A stretch of DNA of 63,495 nt, counting the filler, from Stramenopiles sp. TOSAG23-2 (lineage: Eukaryota): the NCBI GenBank assembly GCA_900128395.1. It is 53 parts of 53 records of this genome, joined end to end, with 100 filler letters (N's around TTAATTAATTAA, not from the genome) between each part and the next. Parts side by side here need not be neighbours in the genome. Positions count along the whole stretch, not along the records: positions 49,292 to 50,386 come from LT653741.1; positions 50,487 to 51,580 come from LT653742.1; positions 51,681 to 52,774 come from LT653743.1; positions 52,875 to 53,967 come from LT653744.1; positions 54,068 to 55,159 come from LT653745.1; positions 55,260 to 56,351 come from LT653746.1; positions 56,452 to 57,543 come from LT653747.1; positions 57,644 to 58,734 come from LT653748.1; 45 more parts are not named here. One strand, 5' to 3'. Shown here piece by piece: positions 50,237-62,784 of this stretch (position 1 is the stretch's first letter; each line of letters opens with the position of its first letter). Position numbers and translations under genes: made by a program. The notes beneath the pieces were generated by a model. The model ran no database searches. It worked only from the letters and a program-made list of their open reading frames with translations, and was not told where the DNA came from.

Positions 50237-51846
50237 TATTAAAACAAGTATTTTTTCTATATATGCCTATCATTTAATTTACTATCAATATTATTTCCTT
50301 GCTAAAAATACACCAAAATGAATAACTCGCGAACCAAAAGATCAATTACTAAAATTTGATATTTTTGAACGCGATTTGTTTATTTGNNNNNNNNNNNNNN
50401 NNNNNNNNNNNNNNNNNNNNNNNNNNNNNNTTAATTAATTAANNNNNNNNNNNNNNNNNNNNNNNNNNNNNNNNNNNNNNNNNNNNCTATATCCTCTTGT
50501 TCTTTTAAAAATTTATTATATGTGGACATGGTGTTGTTATGATATATATATATAGGTTGTTGTTGGTGTTGATAAACTTATGAGATTTGAGTGGTCAAAA
50601 GAAGAAACGGGTGTATAAATATACTACGTTATAGACACACCGCGATAGTCTGATTGTTGGTATAATATATGTGTATTATAAATAATTTATAATTATTTAT
50701 TTTTTGGCACTTGCCAGCTTGCCGGCTTGGTGGTGCCTTGCAATTATTGTTGGTATTATTACTATTACATTAACATTAACATCACATAATAATAAGAAGA
50801 AGACGGCGGGTCGTCTGTTATGTATTATTAGTCTGTTAAATTCTACATAATATTAATATTAATAAGTCTGTGGCATTCTTCTTAGTCTGATGGCGTACAC
50901 CGGGGGCCATTTCGACTATGAAAGTCCAGTATAACTTTCTGTAGTCTTATATTTACTATAGACATAGCAAAGAAAAGACCAGTCTTCACCAAATTTTATA
51001 TTTGTTAGTAGTAATATGTATACTAACAAGAATAAGAAAGTGGGAACAATCCGAGATGTATTTTTAGCATTATAGCTGATATGATGATGATATAGTTGGG
51101 CTGGTATAGCTGTGGTATTTTATAGTTTATATAATAGGACGGGTCTCGGTGCAAGAGTACCAGGAGTACAGATAATAGACGATTACTTCCCATTCTCCCA
51201 ATTTTTCTAAACAACCATGCCTAAAAGCACCTAAATAGCATGAGGAATAAAACTTAAAGAGATTAGGATGAGGATATCATTTGAATAAATCCTCCCTATT
51301 TTTTCTTTTTTTTAGTTTTAGTTGTTTTATTAACTACTGAATAAGGGCGGAGGTCATTAACAACCATTTACCATTATCATCAATGATAGAAAAAACAAAT
51401 ATATATATATATATATATATACATATATTTATAAAGAGAGAGAGAGAAACATTGAAGGTAGAATGTAGCAATTACAACAACTAAAAATAAATATATATAT
51501 AATCCCATAGATTTTCGTGTTGTTATTTTGTAAATAGCAACAATAACTACTATGTCGAATTACCGCTCGGAACCTGCATCNNNNNNNNNNNNNNNNNNNN
51601 NNNNNNNNNNNNNNNNNNNNNNNNTTAATTAATTAANNNNNNNNNNNNNNNNNNNNNNNNNNNNNNNNNNNNNNNNNNNNAATATATATTGTGAGTATAT
51701 GAGATATTTAAAATTCAATTTAGATACAACTAGACCATAATATATATATATATATAAATTTGTAAACGGAAAGAACAATCAATTGGATATATATTTAAAA
51801 TAACATAGTACCGTTCAATAAAAAAATAATAAAAGTTAGTATTAAC

Positions 51847-52374
51847 ATGGCAGATGATAAACAATATATTGATATTCATACTAGACCAATCAATGTACAA
51901 AATATTGGCTTGTTAAAAGAAATAAATATAGCAACTTTACCAGTTAATTATCAAGAAAAGTTTTATCGTGATATTGTGAAAACGCCTAAAGAGCTTACTC
52001 ACTATGCATATTCCGGTAGTGTATGTATTGGTGCAATTTGTTGTCGCGTTGAGAAAGATGAAGAAACAGAAGTAAAACGTGTTTATATAATGACCCTTGC
52101 TGTGTTAGCACCGTATAGGAACCAAGGTGTTGGTACAACTTTATTAAATGATGTTTTAGACCATGTTGATGAAACAATGAGTGGTATCAAGAGTATTTAT
52201 TTGCATGTATGGGTTGAAAATGCAGCTGCAATGAAATTCTATTCCAAGTTTGATTTTGTAAAAAAAGAAGAAATAAAAGGTTATTACAAAAGAGTAGATC
52301 CACCGAATGCAGTAATATTTGAACGTGATCGTAAATTGGAACGTAGTTTAACCAGAGCATCTACTGCATATTAA
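51847..52374 (+). CDS. NAA50: N-alpha-acetyltransferase 50 (NatE catalytic subunit)
   Basis: LPVNY..KFY, GAICCR, YIMTLAVLAPYR..GVG, IYLHV...N..A..FY, YYKRVDPP.A; complete ORF. Confidence 0.93.
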   Translation: MADDKQYIDIHTRPINVQNIGLLKEINIATLPVNYQEKFYRDIVKTPKELTHYAYSGSVCIGAICCRVEKDEETEVKRVYIMTLAVLAPYRNQGVGTTLLNDVLDHVDETMSGIKSIYLHVWVENAAAMKFYSKFDFVKKEEIKGYYKRVDPPNAVIFERDRKLERSLTRASTAY

Positions 52375-53014
52375 AATGAAAAATGATAAAATATATAATA
52401 TTTTGAAATAGCTGTGTGTAGCCATCTACGATGGTATATATGGTGGTTAAAATCTAAGTTATAATATTTTTACACTTCTCGTGTTAAAGTAAAAGTGGAT
52501 CGTAGTTTAACCAGAGCATCTACTGCATATTAAAATGAAAAATGATACGTCGTAAAATATATAAAAAAATATATTTGAAATAGCTGTGTGTAGCCATCTA
52601 TGATGGTATATGGTGGTTAAAATCTAAGTTATAATAATTTACTTGAAAGAGAGACTACTCTTACACCAAAATCTTTACCTATATTTTTTAATATAATTTT
52701 ATTTTAAAATACACGACACACTTTAAATTACTTTTCCTAATTGATTATTGATGCTCAATTTACCACCTCGTCGTNNNNNNNNNNNNNNNNNNNNNNNNNN
52801 NNNNNNNNNNNNNNNNNNTTAATTAATTAANNNNNNNNNNNNNNNNNNNNNNNNNNNNNNNNNNNNNNNNNNNNCTAAAATATTGTCAAGTCCAGATTAA
52901 CTTGAGTAGACTACTATAAATAAATAATACCTTATATTACACTGGATTTTTATTTCCCTTTATAAAGTAGAAGGTACTATTTATCTTTTATTGAGCCCAT
53001 ACGAGTATGTCTCT

Positions 53015-53967
53015 TTAACACCCACCACCTGCACCACGGACAGTTGTACCAGATAACAAACGTCGTCTTCTTCCATTTGCAGTATTATCTTCAGGCAAGC
53101 TTTCATGTTCAATATAATAGGATGCATAAGTACCATCTCCTTTCAAAACCACAGTTGCTTTATTGGATTTAAATATTTGTTCTTTTGTTTCGCTACTAGC
53201 TTTTGTAAGGCAACTGCATAATTCAGGGCTTGTTTCACAAGAAAATTGTATATTTCCATCTACAACTTTAATATCTTTAAATATTTCATTTGCATTGCCT
53301 TCATCAAAACATGCGCCTTTCGCATTTTGTTTAAATGAATCAAATTCATCTTTAAGAGAATTAAAATAATCAAACGAACCACTCTCCGATACCTCCAACA
53401 AACTTGTACCACTGTTTTCTTGTGAATTCTTCACGTCGCCCTCGTTGACGTCGTGGCCAATTTTTAACGCATTCGCACGTGTTGAACTCGTATATTGTGT
53501 ACCATCCAATATGAAATAATACAACTCAAACTCAAACACGTTTCCAGTAAGCGTCATTTTGAACGACAGGGGTTGGTCTACATAGTGGTGGTTTAGCTCG
53601 GTCAACGAACAACCGTTTTTACGACATTCAAAATAATCTTTTGTATCTTGACAGCATTGATTCTTGTCCGAGTATATTTGCAAACCAACTTCGGTTCGAG
53701 GCAAGTAGTTTCTACTGGCACACTTGTCGTTAATTTCATGTTTCAAATACGGAGATTCTTTGTTCAGCTGTGCAATCATCACCCATTCACCATTCAGATG
53801 TTGTAATGACACGTCGTTCCCTTTGAACAGTGGCGACGTGCACTTGTCGGTAACACGAAATTTAGCGGTGGGTGCTAATGCACTCTTGAAAGCAGCATCA
53901 CGTCCGATATCTTTGTCTAAGAAAATCATGGCCATGTTGACAACAGTTGGATTTGCCAAATCTAAGT
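53015..53967 (-). CDS. Unknown Cys-rich, likely extracellular protein ending RRRRLL...GAGGGC
   Basis: Over 314 aa open frame; 5' truncated. Confidence 0.7.
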
Positions 53968-54310
53968 NNNNNNNNNNNNNNNNNNNNNNNNNNNNNNNNN
54001 NNNNNNNNNNNTTAATTAATTAANNNNNNNNNNNNNNNNNNNNNNNNNNNNNNNNNNNNNNNNNNNNAAAAAAAAAAAAAAAAAAAAAAATTCCCCATCT
54101 TTAATGTCGATAACTCTAGCACTTCTTTTTTTTTTTTATTAATTATTGAAATTATTCTAATTATAGCACTATATTCCAGGAATTATCTTAAAATCTATGA
54201 GTAAAATGGGGGGAATACATATAATATATTAATATTTGCAAAAAGTAAATATACACCGTGTACAAAAAATATGTCGAATATATAACAAAGAAATACTAAA
54301 GTAAATTCAA

Positions 54311-54829
54311 ATGCAAAAGTTTCGTGCCGTTTTTACTATATTTTTGTCCATATTATTATTACAATTAAAATTATGTAGTAGTCAAACAGATCAAACAGAT
54401 ATAACTCGCGTCATTAATTTGACGCATTATTTGTATCCGAAAATAGAAAAAGCATGGCGAGCTTCCCCAAAAGCAATACCGGATCCATGTTTTGATTACA
54501 AAGATAAATCTGACGAAGCGCGATTAATAGAAAATAAGTCTTTTCCGAAGTATTTAAAAAATGTTGTATTAAATACTATAAAAAAATTTAAAAAATACAA
54601 CTTTTTTACGGGGAAACTTTGGAAACAAAAAATGAATTGCAATGGATTCATAACAAATACTAATAGTAGTCAAAATACTAAATCAATTCGTGGATATAAA
54701 ATCAAAGCGGATTCTAATGGCATAGCATCAAGAAACACATCATCACACGGTGCACAAGGCCATGGTGAATTTATTGTTGGTGCTAAAGGTGAACGTGGTG
54801 AGGAGCGATATTTATGGCCCATAATCTAA
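54311..54829 (+). CDS. Secreted protein N-terminus; 3' end probably chimeric
   Basis: Signal peptide; overlaps the opposite-strand FN3 fragment. Confidence 0.55.
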   Translation: MQKFRAVFTIFLSILLLQLKLCSSQTDQTDITRVINLTHYLYPKIEKAWRASPKAIPDPCFDYKDKSDEARLIENKSFPKYLKNVVLNTIKKFKKYNFFTGKLWKQKMNCNGFITNTNSSQNTKSIRGYKIKADSNGIASRNTSSHGAQGHGEFIVGAKGERGEERYLWPII

Positions 54830-55085
54830 ATATATAGTTAGAGCCTGGTTCTAGCCCATTTACAAAACAGTATCTATTTGCTATTTCACTCGCAGAATCG
54901 CATGTTACTACGCCAGAATCACTTGTACTCGGTTGATATCCATAGATTTCATTATTGGTGTTTTCTGTTACTTTTTTGGAGCCTATCTTGTACGCAATTA
55001 TTGGTGTGCCACCGATATCAGTAAGCTCACCCCATGTGAAATTCATCCAAGTTGAGCCAACAGCGAGGAGTTCGACGCATACTTT
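54800..55085 (-). CDS. Fibronectin type III domain fragment
   Basis: W..FTW....DIGGTPIIAY...VNGLEPGSNYIFRLWAIN. Confidence 0.8.
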
Positions 55086-55259
55086 GCTTTTTCAATTACT
55101 TTTATTAAATTAATGATTATATTATTAGAATTATATAAATTATTCCAAAGGTGCAAAGTNNNNNNNNNNNNNNNNNNNNNNNNNNNNNNNNNNNNNNNNN
55201 NNNTTAATTAATTAANNNNNNNNNNNNNNNNNNNNNNNNNNNNNNNNNNNNNNNNNNNN

Positions 55260-56223
55260 ACGAAGTGGCCTTGGCGGTAGTGTGATGGTGTTGATGGAAT
55301 ATATTGTACCAAGCTGGGTAAGCCGCACAACGGCGAAATGGCGACATGCTAGGGCGAAATTGCGTATTATTGTTAAAATTGCGTTATATTTAAAAGAAAT
55401 ACGACGGAAAAATGAAGCTGCGCATAATGCCAAGATGAGAAAGAAACATTTGAAACATAGAAATTTAAGAAAAGAAGATTTGTTACCACATCGATCCAGA
55501 ATAGCTGGAATACGTTCTAGGATGAGAAAGATTGAAATGTTGAAATCAAAATTATTGCCATTTGCAAAGGATGGCAAAGCACGCACCAGAGATCCAACAC
55601 GTGTAACACCAAGGCGTCAATCTGGTAGATACACACCAACTAGAATCTATCCAATGGGCATTCCATCCCCATCTATTGGGCGAAGAACCCCAACACCATC
55701 ACGTCGCTCTCGTATCACGCCAACACCATCACGAAGCAGCAGTAGAAATAGACGCCGATCACCAACGCCACAAAAATCATCGTTGATGAAGATAAGCCCA
55801 TCAAGCAATTTAAGAAATAAAAGTAGAAAGGAACAAGCACAGATTATGCAAGATATTGCCGTGAAACGGTTGGCGCAGCGTCAAAAAGCAATGGAAGCTC
55901 GCCAAAGAAAGTTAGAGGAGATGAAAGATGATCCACAATATATTCATCGACAAAAATTACGAAAATTGAAAGTAGCTATGGATACGCAACAATTTGCAAA
56001 ACATGGTTTAAGAAAAATGTTAGAGAATCAAGTTAGGAAATTGGCAACGGAAAAAACTAAATTAAGAGCTCAGATTGAAAAATTAATGAAATTGGGCAAG
56101 GCGAAAAAATTATCCAAAGCACAAGTTGATAAATTGAAACAAACAATGAAATTATTAAAAGGTAAATATGAAGCAATTATTAAGAAAGAAAAGGCAGTGC
56201 AGACACGTTTAAAACATATTTAA
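55260..56223 (+). CDS. Basic, RS/TP-rich coiled-coil protein C-terminus
   Basis: 313-aa open frame; no family recognised. Confidence 0.65.
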
Positions 56224-56451
56224 GGGGGGCGCGGGGGTATTTTTCTATTTCGTATGATACAATATCTTTTTAAAAATATGTACACATAATTACATGAATA
56301 TGTGGAGATATATGCATATGCATATATTCAAACAAATAATAATAACAACAANNNNNNNNNNNNNNNNNNNNNNNNNNNNNNNNNNNNNNNNNNNNTTAAT
56401 TAATTAANNNNNNNNNNNNNNNNNNNNNNNNNNNNNNNNNNNNNNNNNNNN

Positions 56452-57093
56452 GAAGGTAAAGTTACGTTAGCAGATGGTGTTAGTACTAAATTAGTCAAAG
56501 ATTTAAGAAAAGGCGACGAGGTGTTGACACGCAATGGTGTGGTTGCAAAGATTGTTTGCATGATACGTACAGAGATGAAAAAATCACAATGTGAAATGGT
56601 TCAACTGCAAAATGGTGTGAAATTAACGCCGTGGCATCCAGTGTATGTAAATAATGAATGGAAATTTCCAAACGATATTGGTAAATTAATACTATACGAT
56701 GGTATTGATTACATTTACAACGCTGTTGTAGACAAAGGACATTCCTTGATGATAAATGGATTACATTGCGTGACACTTGGGCATCACTTGAAAGAAAACA
56801 AAGTAGTGGAACATCCATATTTTGGTACAGATTTAGTATTAGAAAGTTTGAAAGATGTCGACGCAAATGGATGGGAACAAGGATATATCAATATGAAAGA
56901 AGGAGTTCATAAAACATTACGCGATCAAGAGACTGGATTAATTGTTGGGATGACAACTTCAAAACCAAAATCAAATATGGCGCAATCTTTTGTCAGCTCA
57001 GTTTTTGGTAAGGCAACTACAAATGTTGGAACGAAATACAATGTAGGGTTTATGGAATCAAAAGAAGAAAAAAAAAAAAAATGTTATGCATAA
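56452..57093 (+). CDS. Vint (Hint/intein-like) domain, C-terminus of a probable vWA-Vint protein
   Basis: V.LADG...VKDLRKGD.V, LTPWHPV....W.FP, IYN.V...H...ING..CVTLGH....V.EHPYFGT. Confidence 0.88.
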   Translation, partial: EGKVTLADGVSTKLVKDLRKGDEVLTRNGVVAKIVCMIRTEMKKSQCEMVQLQNGVKLTPWHPVYVNNEWKFPNDIGKLILYDGIDYIYNAVVDKGHSLMINGLHCVTLGHHLKENKVVEHPYFGTDLVLESLKDVDANGWEQGYINMKEGVHKTLRDQETGLIVGMTTSKPKSNMAQSFVSSVFGKATTNVGTKYNVGFMESKEEKKKKCYA

Positions 57094-57643
57094 ACATTTA
57101 GCTTAATAAATATCGTACACACGAACTTTGTAAATATTATTGTAATCATCATGATAGATATAATAAAGTTTGTGCGAGATATAGTATTTACAAGGAGAGG
57201 CGAGAGGGAAGAAGAGAGTGGACTCAAAAAGGAAAAAAACGCTCTAAAATTAAACACGGTGTGTTGATGTTTTTCAAAGATACACGCACATGACCGCTTG
57301 ATTTAATTTTTATAAAAAAAAAATAAAAAATATTCGTGTGTTTTTAACATTTTTTGTACGACGCATTATATTATTACTCGAGTAATATACGCTTTTTTAA
57401 AATATTTCTATATATACGACGAACAGTAATTTTACGACTAGTTGGTACATAATGCAACACACACATACGTAATTTAAAAATACACACTATATAACATATA
57501 CTACCACAAAACAATTTCCTAATTAATCTATAAGCATCTCAAGNNNNNNNNNNNNNNNNNNNNNNNNNNNNNNNNNNNNNNNNNNNNTTAATTAATTAAN
57601 NNNNNNNNNNNNNNNNNNNNNNNNNNNNNNNNNNNNNNNNNNN

Positions 57644-58462
57644 ATGGAAAATACGGTATTATTTTTAAATTTAGCAAATGATCCAACTATTGAAAGAATT
57701 ATTACACCACGTTTAGCATTGACAACCGCTGAATATTTAGCATATACACGTGAAATGCATGTATTGGTTATTTTAACAGATATGAGTTCCTATGCCGATG
57801 CATTGCGTGAAGTTAGTGCTGCGCGCGAGGAAGTTCCCGGGCGTCGTGGTTACCCAGGTTATATGTACACAGATTTAGCAACGTTATATGAACGTGCAGG
57901 CCGTGTTACCGGAAGAAATGGATCGATTACACAAATCCCAATTTTAACTATGCCAAATGATGATATTACACATCCAATTCCAGATTTAACAGGATATATT
58001 ACCGAAGGACAAATTTATGTTGATCGTGGATTGCACAATCGACAAATTTATCCACCTATTAATTTATTGCCATCTCTATCACGTTTGATGAAGAGTGCTA
58101 TTGGTAAAGGTATGACTCGTGTAGATCACGATAAAGTTAGTAATCAGTTGTATGCAAATTATGCAATGGGTAAAGATGTATTAGCAATGAAAGCAGTTGT
58201 TGGTGAGGAAGCATTATCCATGGAAGATCGTATGTATTTGGATTTCACGGAACGATTTGAAAACGAATTTGTTCGTCAAGGTATGTATGAAAAACGTACT
58301 ATCTTTGAAAGTTTGGACAAAGCATGGGAGTTATTACGTACATTCCCACGAGATGCATTGAAAAAGATACCTGGAAAAATTTTAGATCAATTTTATCAAC
58401 GTAAAATGGATGAACAATTTGATGAGAGAGGAGATGTACGTGTGCAAGAATCAAAAGCATAA
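57644..58462 (+). CDS. VMA2: V-type H+-ATPase subunit B, C-terminal half
   Basis: [61 protein letters not shown]. Confidence 0.98.
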   Translation: MENTVLFLNLANDPTIERIITPRLALTTAEYLAYTREMHVLVILTDMSSYADALREVSAAREEVPGRRGYPGYMYTDLATLYERAGRVTGRNGSITQIPILTMPNDDITHPIPDLTGYITEGQIYVDRGLHNRQIYPPINLLPSLSRLMKSAIGKGMTRVDHDKVSNQLYANYAMGKDVLAMKAVVGEEALSMEDRMYLDFTERFENEFVRQGMYEKRTIFESLDKAWELLRTFPRDALKKIPGKILDQFYQRKMDEQFDERGDVRVQESKA

Positions 58463-58834
58463 AAAAGAAGATTAATGGTGATGATGGGGTCGAAGAGAGT
58501 AGACATGCATAATTTACAGAGGAGTGTTTTTATTATATTTTTAAAATAAAGATTTGTGTTGTGTTGGTGTGTGTCTGATGGGGGGAAAAGTAAAAAAGTA
58601 CGAGTGTAACATATAACATACTCGTACGTATAATATAATATAATATCGTAAAATAATAACAACTACGACATATACATATAATTTCTTCGTATAAGAAATA
58701 ATGATGAAAAGTATATATACGAAGTAATTTTTTANNNNNNNNNNNNNNNNNNNNNNNNNNNNNNNNNNNNNNNNNNNNTTAATTAATTAANNNNNNNNNN
58801 NNNNNNNNNNNNNNNNNNNNNNNNNNNNNNNNNN

Positions 58835-59925
58835 CAAGATCCTTTACTGCATATAATGTATCTGCATGATTTGGTCCTAGTAACGCTTCTCTGCCATTTA
58901 ACAGGCGTTGATATAATGGTTTAGCTTTATCTAATTTTTTTTGATTGTAGAACAATCCAGCAAGATCCTTTACTGCATTCAACGTATCTGGATGATTTGG
59001 TCCTAGTGTCGCTTCTCTACCATTTAACAGACGTTGATATAATAGTTCAGCTTCATCAAATTTTTTTCGATTTTTTAACAATGCAGCAAGATCCTTTACT
59101 GCATATAATGTATCTGGATGATTTGGTCCATGTATTTTTTCTTCATGATTTAACAGACGTTGATATAATGGTTCAGCTTCATCTAATTTATTTTGTTTTT
59201 CGAACAATCTAGCAAGATCCTCTACAGCATTCAATGTATCTAGATCATTTGGTCCATGTATTTCTTCTCTACCATTTAACAGACGTTGATATAATGGTTC
59301 AGCTTCATCTAATTTATTTTGCATCTTTAACAATCTAGCAAGAGCCTCTACAGCATATAATGTATCTATATGATTTGGTCCTAGTAACGCTTCTCTACCA
59401 TTTAACAGACGTTGATATAATGGTTCAGCTTCATCTAATTTATTTTGCATCTTTAACAATCTAGCAAGAGCCTCTACAGCATATAATGTATCTATATGAT
59501 TTGGTCCTAGTGTCGCTTCTCTACCATTTAACAGACGTTGATATAATGGTTCAGCTTCATCTAATTTATTTTGCATCTCTAACAATCTAGCAAGATCCTC
59601 TACAGCATTCAATGTATCTGGATAATTTGGTCCTAATATTTCTTCTCTAACATTTAATAGACGTTGATATAATGGTTCAGCTTCATCTAATTTATTTTGC
59701 ATCTCTAACAACCAACCAAGATCCTTTACTGCATATAATGTATCTGCATGATTTGGTCCTAGTAACGCTTCTCTGCCATTTAACAGGCGTTGATATAATG
59801 GTTTAGCTTTATCTAATTTTTTTTGATTGTAGAACAATCCAGCAAGATCCTTTACTGCATTCAACGTATCTGGATGATTTGGTCCTAGTGTCGCTTCTCT
59901 ACCATTTAACAGACGTTGATATAAT
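58835..59925 (-). CDS. 42-aa TPR array (kinesin-light-chain/NPHP3-type)
   Basis: 126-nt repeats encoding LGPNHPDTL.AV.DLA.L...Q.KLDEAEPLYQRLL. Confidence 0.95.
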
Positions 59926-60335
59926 NNNNNNNNNNNNNNNNNNNNNNNNNNNNNNNNNNNNNNNNNNNNTTAATTAATTAANNNNNNNNNNNNNNNNNNN
60001 NNNNNNNNNNNNNNNNNNNNNNNNNATGAATCAGGTAACGTTTCTGCCATGGTTGTTTTTATTATGTGTGAGGTTGCTATATTATGTCTATATGTTTGTT
60101 GTCTGTTTCTGTAGTAGTATGTCATTAGACGATTATATCTACTTCAATTTGATGTTATATTTGTAATTCTATGTGTTGTTGGCCAAAGTAAGACGGAGGA
60201 GAGGAGTGAAGATGGGGAGTTAAAATTAGGGTTATGAGATGACAAAAAATTTAATCGTTTCAACTCCACTCTCTTCTCCTGTTGATGTACATATAAATAA
60301 TATGATACACATTGATCAAAACAAAGTAGAAACAA

Positions 60336-60369
<34 letters not shown>

Positions 60370-60516
60370 TAATATACAATTACATATACATATATACAAT
60401 AGAAAATATGGAGGAAATCAAAAACAATAAACCACCATCAATATCATCCATGTCATCACCAAAAGGGATGGATAAAATACAAAAAATATTAAACATATCT
60501 ATATTATTTATCGGTC

Positions 60517-61115
60517 TTGCACTCAGCGGAAGGTGAATTTATAGGAAAATTAACAAATTTGGATTTTGGATCAAGCACTGCAGTTAAATTTATTTATTTA
60601 TGGAGTCCGAAAATATGTTTATCTATGTGTGCGATGGTATGTATGCTTTTAGGTGGATTCATTGTGTATGTTGCTGAAGGGTGGTATTGCGCATGGAAAC
60701 CGGAAAAATTTTGTAAAGATACAAATGGGAAAATATTTAAAACACCATATTTACATATTTTAGATGCAATTTGGTTGAAAATGTTGACATTAACTGCCAT
60801 AGGATATGGTCGCATCACACCGGCGACTTCAATCGGTAAAATGGCATGTATTATCAGTGCCATAGTTGGTCGCTTAGCAATATCAGCAGTGACTGCAAAT
60901 GTCTTGCAATTGACTGGCTTATTTGAATTAGAAGAACGCACTCATAATTATGTCATTAAATGTGCTCGAGAAAGGGAAATGAAAAGTACAGCTTGTCGTG
61001 TTATTCAAGCATGTTGGAGATGGTACAGGATCAAAGAGAAAGCATATAAATGGTCTCAAAGATCGTTTACTATTGTAAATACTGATTTTGAGATGCAGCA
61101 GACGAAAATATTTCA
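60517..61115 (+). CDS. SK/KCNN-like potassium channel, pore and calmodulin-binding region
   Basis: DAIWL...TLTAIGYG..TP....GK, then ACRVIQACWR. Confidence 0.8.
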
Positions 61116-61468
61116 NNNNNNNNNNNNNNNNNNNNNNNNNNNNNNNNNNNNNNNNNNNNTTAATTAATTAANNNNNNNNNNNNNNNNNNNNNNNNNNNNN
61201 NNNNNNNNNNNNNNNAGAGGGATGAGGGAGTAGGAAGAGAGAGAGTGTATGTGCGCGCGAGAGAGAGAACTGTAATAAAATTACATGTGATTTTAAAAAT
61301 ATGCATACATCGTCAAATCTCTGCTGGCGTTTTTTAAAATAAATAAAGATAATGTTTTTAAAAAATAATAATTTTGGATATGATATAAATAACACAATAT
61401 ATTTGGTGCTAAATATATATTTTTTTTTAAATATTTTGTGTGTCAATATTCGTATTTTTGTTTTAAAC

Positions 61469-61793
61469 TTATTTTTTTCTTGCCAAATTTTTTTTTATTT
61501 GGATCATGGCTTGCAACGAATTAGTGGTATTATAATGCTTTGTTCCTAATCTTTTCTTGAAAATTTTAAATGCTTTATTATAATATTTTAATGCTTCGTC
61601 ATATTTGCCTTGTTCCTCGTAAATTGTTGCTATATTATCATATAATAATGCAACATTATGATGATCTTTACCTAATTTCTTTAATTGAATATCTAATGCT
61701 TTATTCAAATATTTTAATGCTTTATCCTTTTTACCTTGAGCATCGTAAACTGATCCAATATTATTATATAATGTTGCAACATTAGGATGATGT
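61469..61793 (-). CDS. TPR protein C-terminus
   Basis: HPNVATLYNNIGSVY.AQG..DKAL.YLNKALDI..KKLG.DH.NVA; the frame extends upstream of the listed ORF. Confidence 0.85.
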
Positions 61794-62784
61794 TAACGAT
61801 GCCATGATTAATCAACTATCTGTGTTTTATATACGGACGGTACGTTTTCAATTGTCTTTTTATACGGTACTATCTTTATCTTCTATCGATATGTCTTCAA
61901 TTGTATGTCAATCGTTCTTGGTTGTTTGTTATAATGTTTTCTTTGTATGCTTTTATCATTGTATATATTGATCTCTGTATGTTGCAATGTGTACACATAA
62001 TCATATATATTCAGAGGTCATAAAAATGATCGATAATTTGTAGAAGGTAGTTTTTGTGTATCGATGATCTCAGCAACTGGATAAGTACAGATTAGATAGG
62101 TGTGAAATACTATTTACAATACCAAAAATGAGGAGATATGAAAAAATCAAACAACACATCAACACACCTTAACCTTCTTTGATGAAATGTTGTGATGAAG
62201 AAAGAATTATACAAAAGTATGAAAAATATTAATAGAATTATACAAGTAACAACGTGTGTCCAAAAAGAAAAAGAAGAGATATATTATACATGTACGTACA
62301 TATTTNNNNNNNNNNNNNNNNNNNNNNNNNNNNNNNNNNNNNNNNNNNNTTAATTAATTAANNNNNNNNNNNNNNNNNNNNNNNNNNNNNNNNNNNNNNN
62401 NNNNNGGACAAATGGAAAAAGATAAAGGTGGATCATTTGGTGAAGGTTTATCTGGAGCTAATGCTGTTTAGAGCAAGAGATGATATATTAGATGAATAGC
62501 ATATAGTTTTAAGAGTAGTATCATATCATAGAGATTTTAATATTCTCTATATATAAAAAAATATAAAATTTTATTTTAATATGCATATATAATTTAAAAT
62601 ATCATTCCACAGATATTATGACATTTTGTTCGAGTACAAATTTTGTAGCAGACGAGCCGCGAAGTGTACAATTTTTTTTTGTACGCACACCACATACGAT
62701 AAATACCATTTTGAACAACGCTCACCACCATACTTTCCTATAAAATTAAACATGCGTGGTAACCTAATTGTACGTACCTCTCCG

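Noticed and set aside
50890..50930. Hammerhead ribozyme (CTGATGG...GAAA)
   Set aside because: The core is not CUGANGA and the three stems cannot be formed.
54783..54829. Overlapping convergent genes
   Set aside because: The FN3 domain breaks off just before its last strand, consistent with a chimeric junction.
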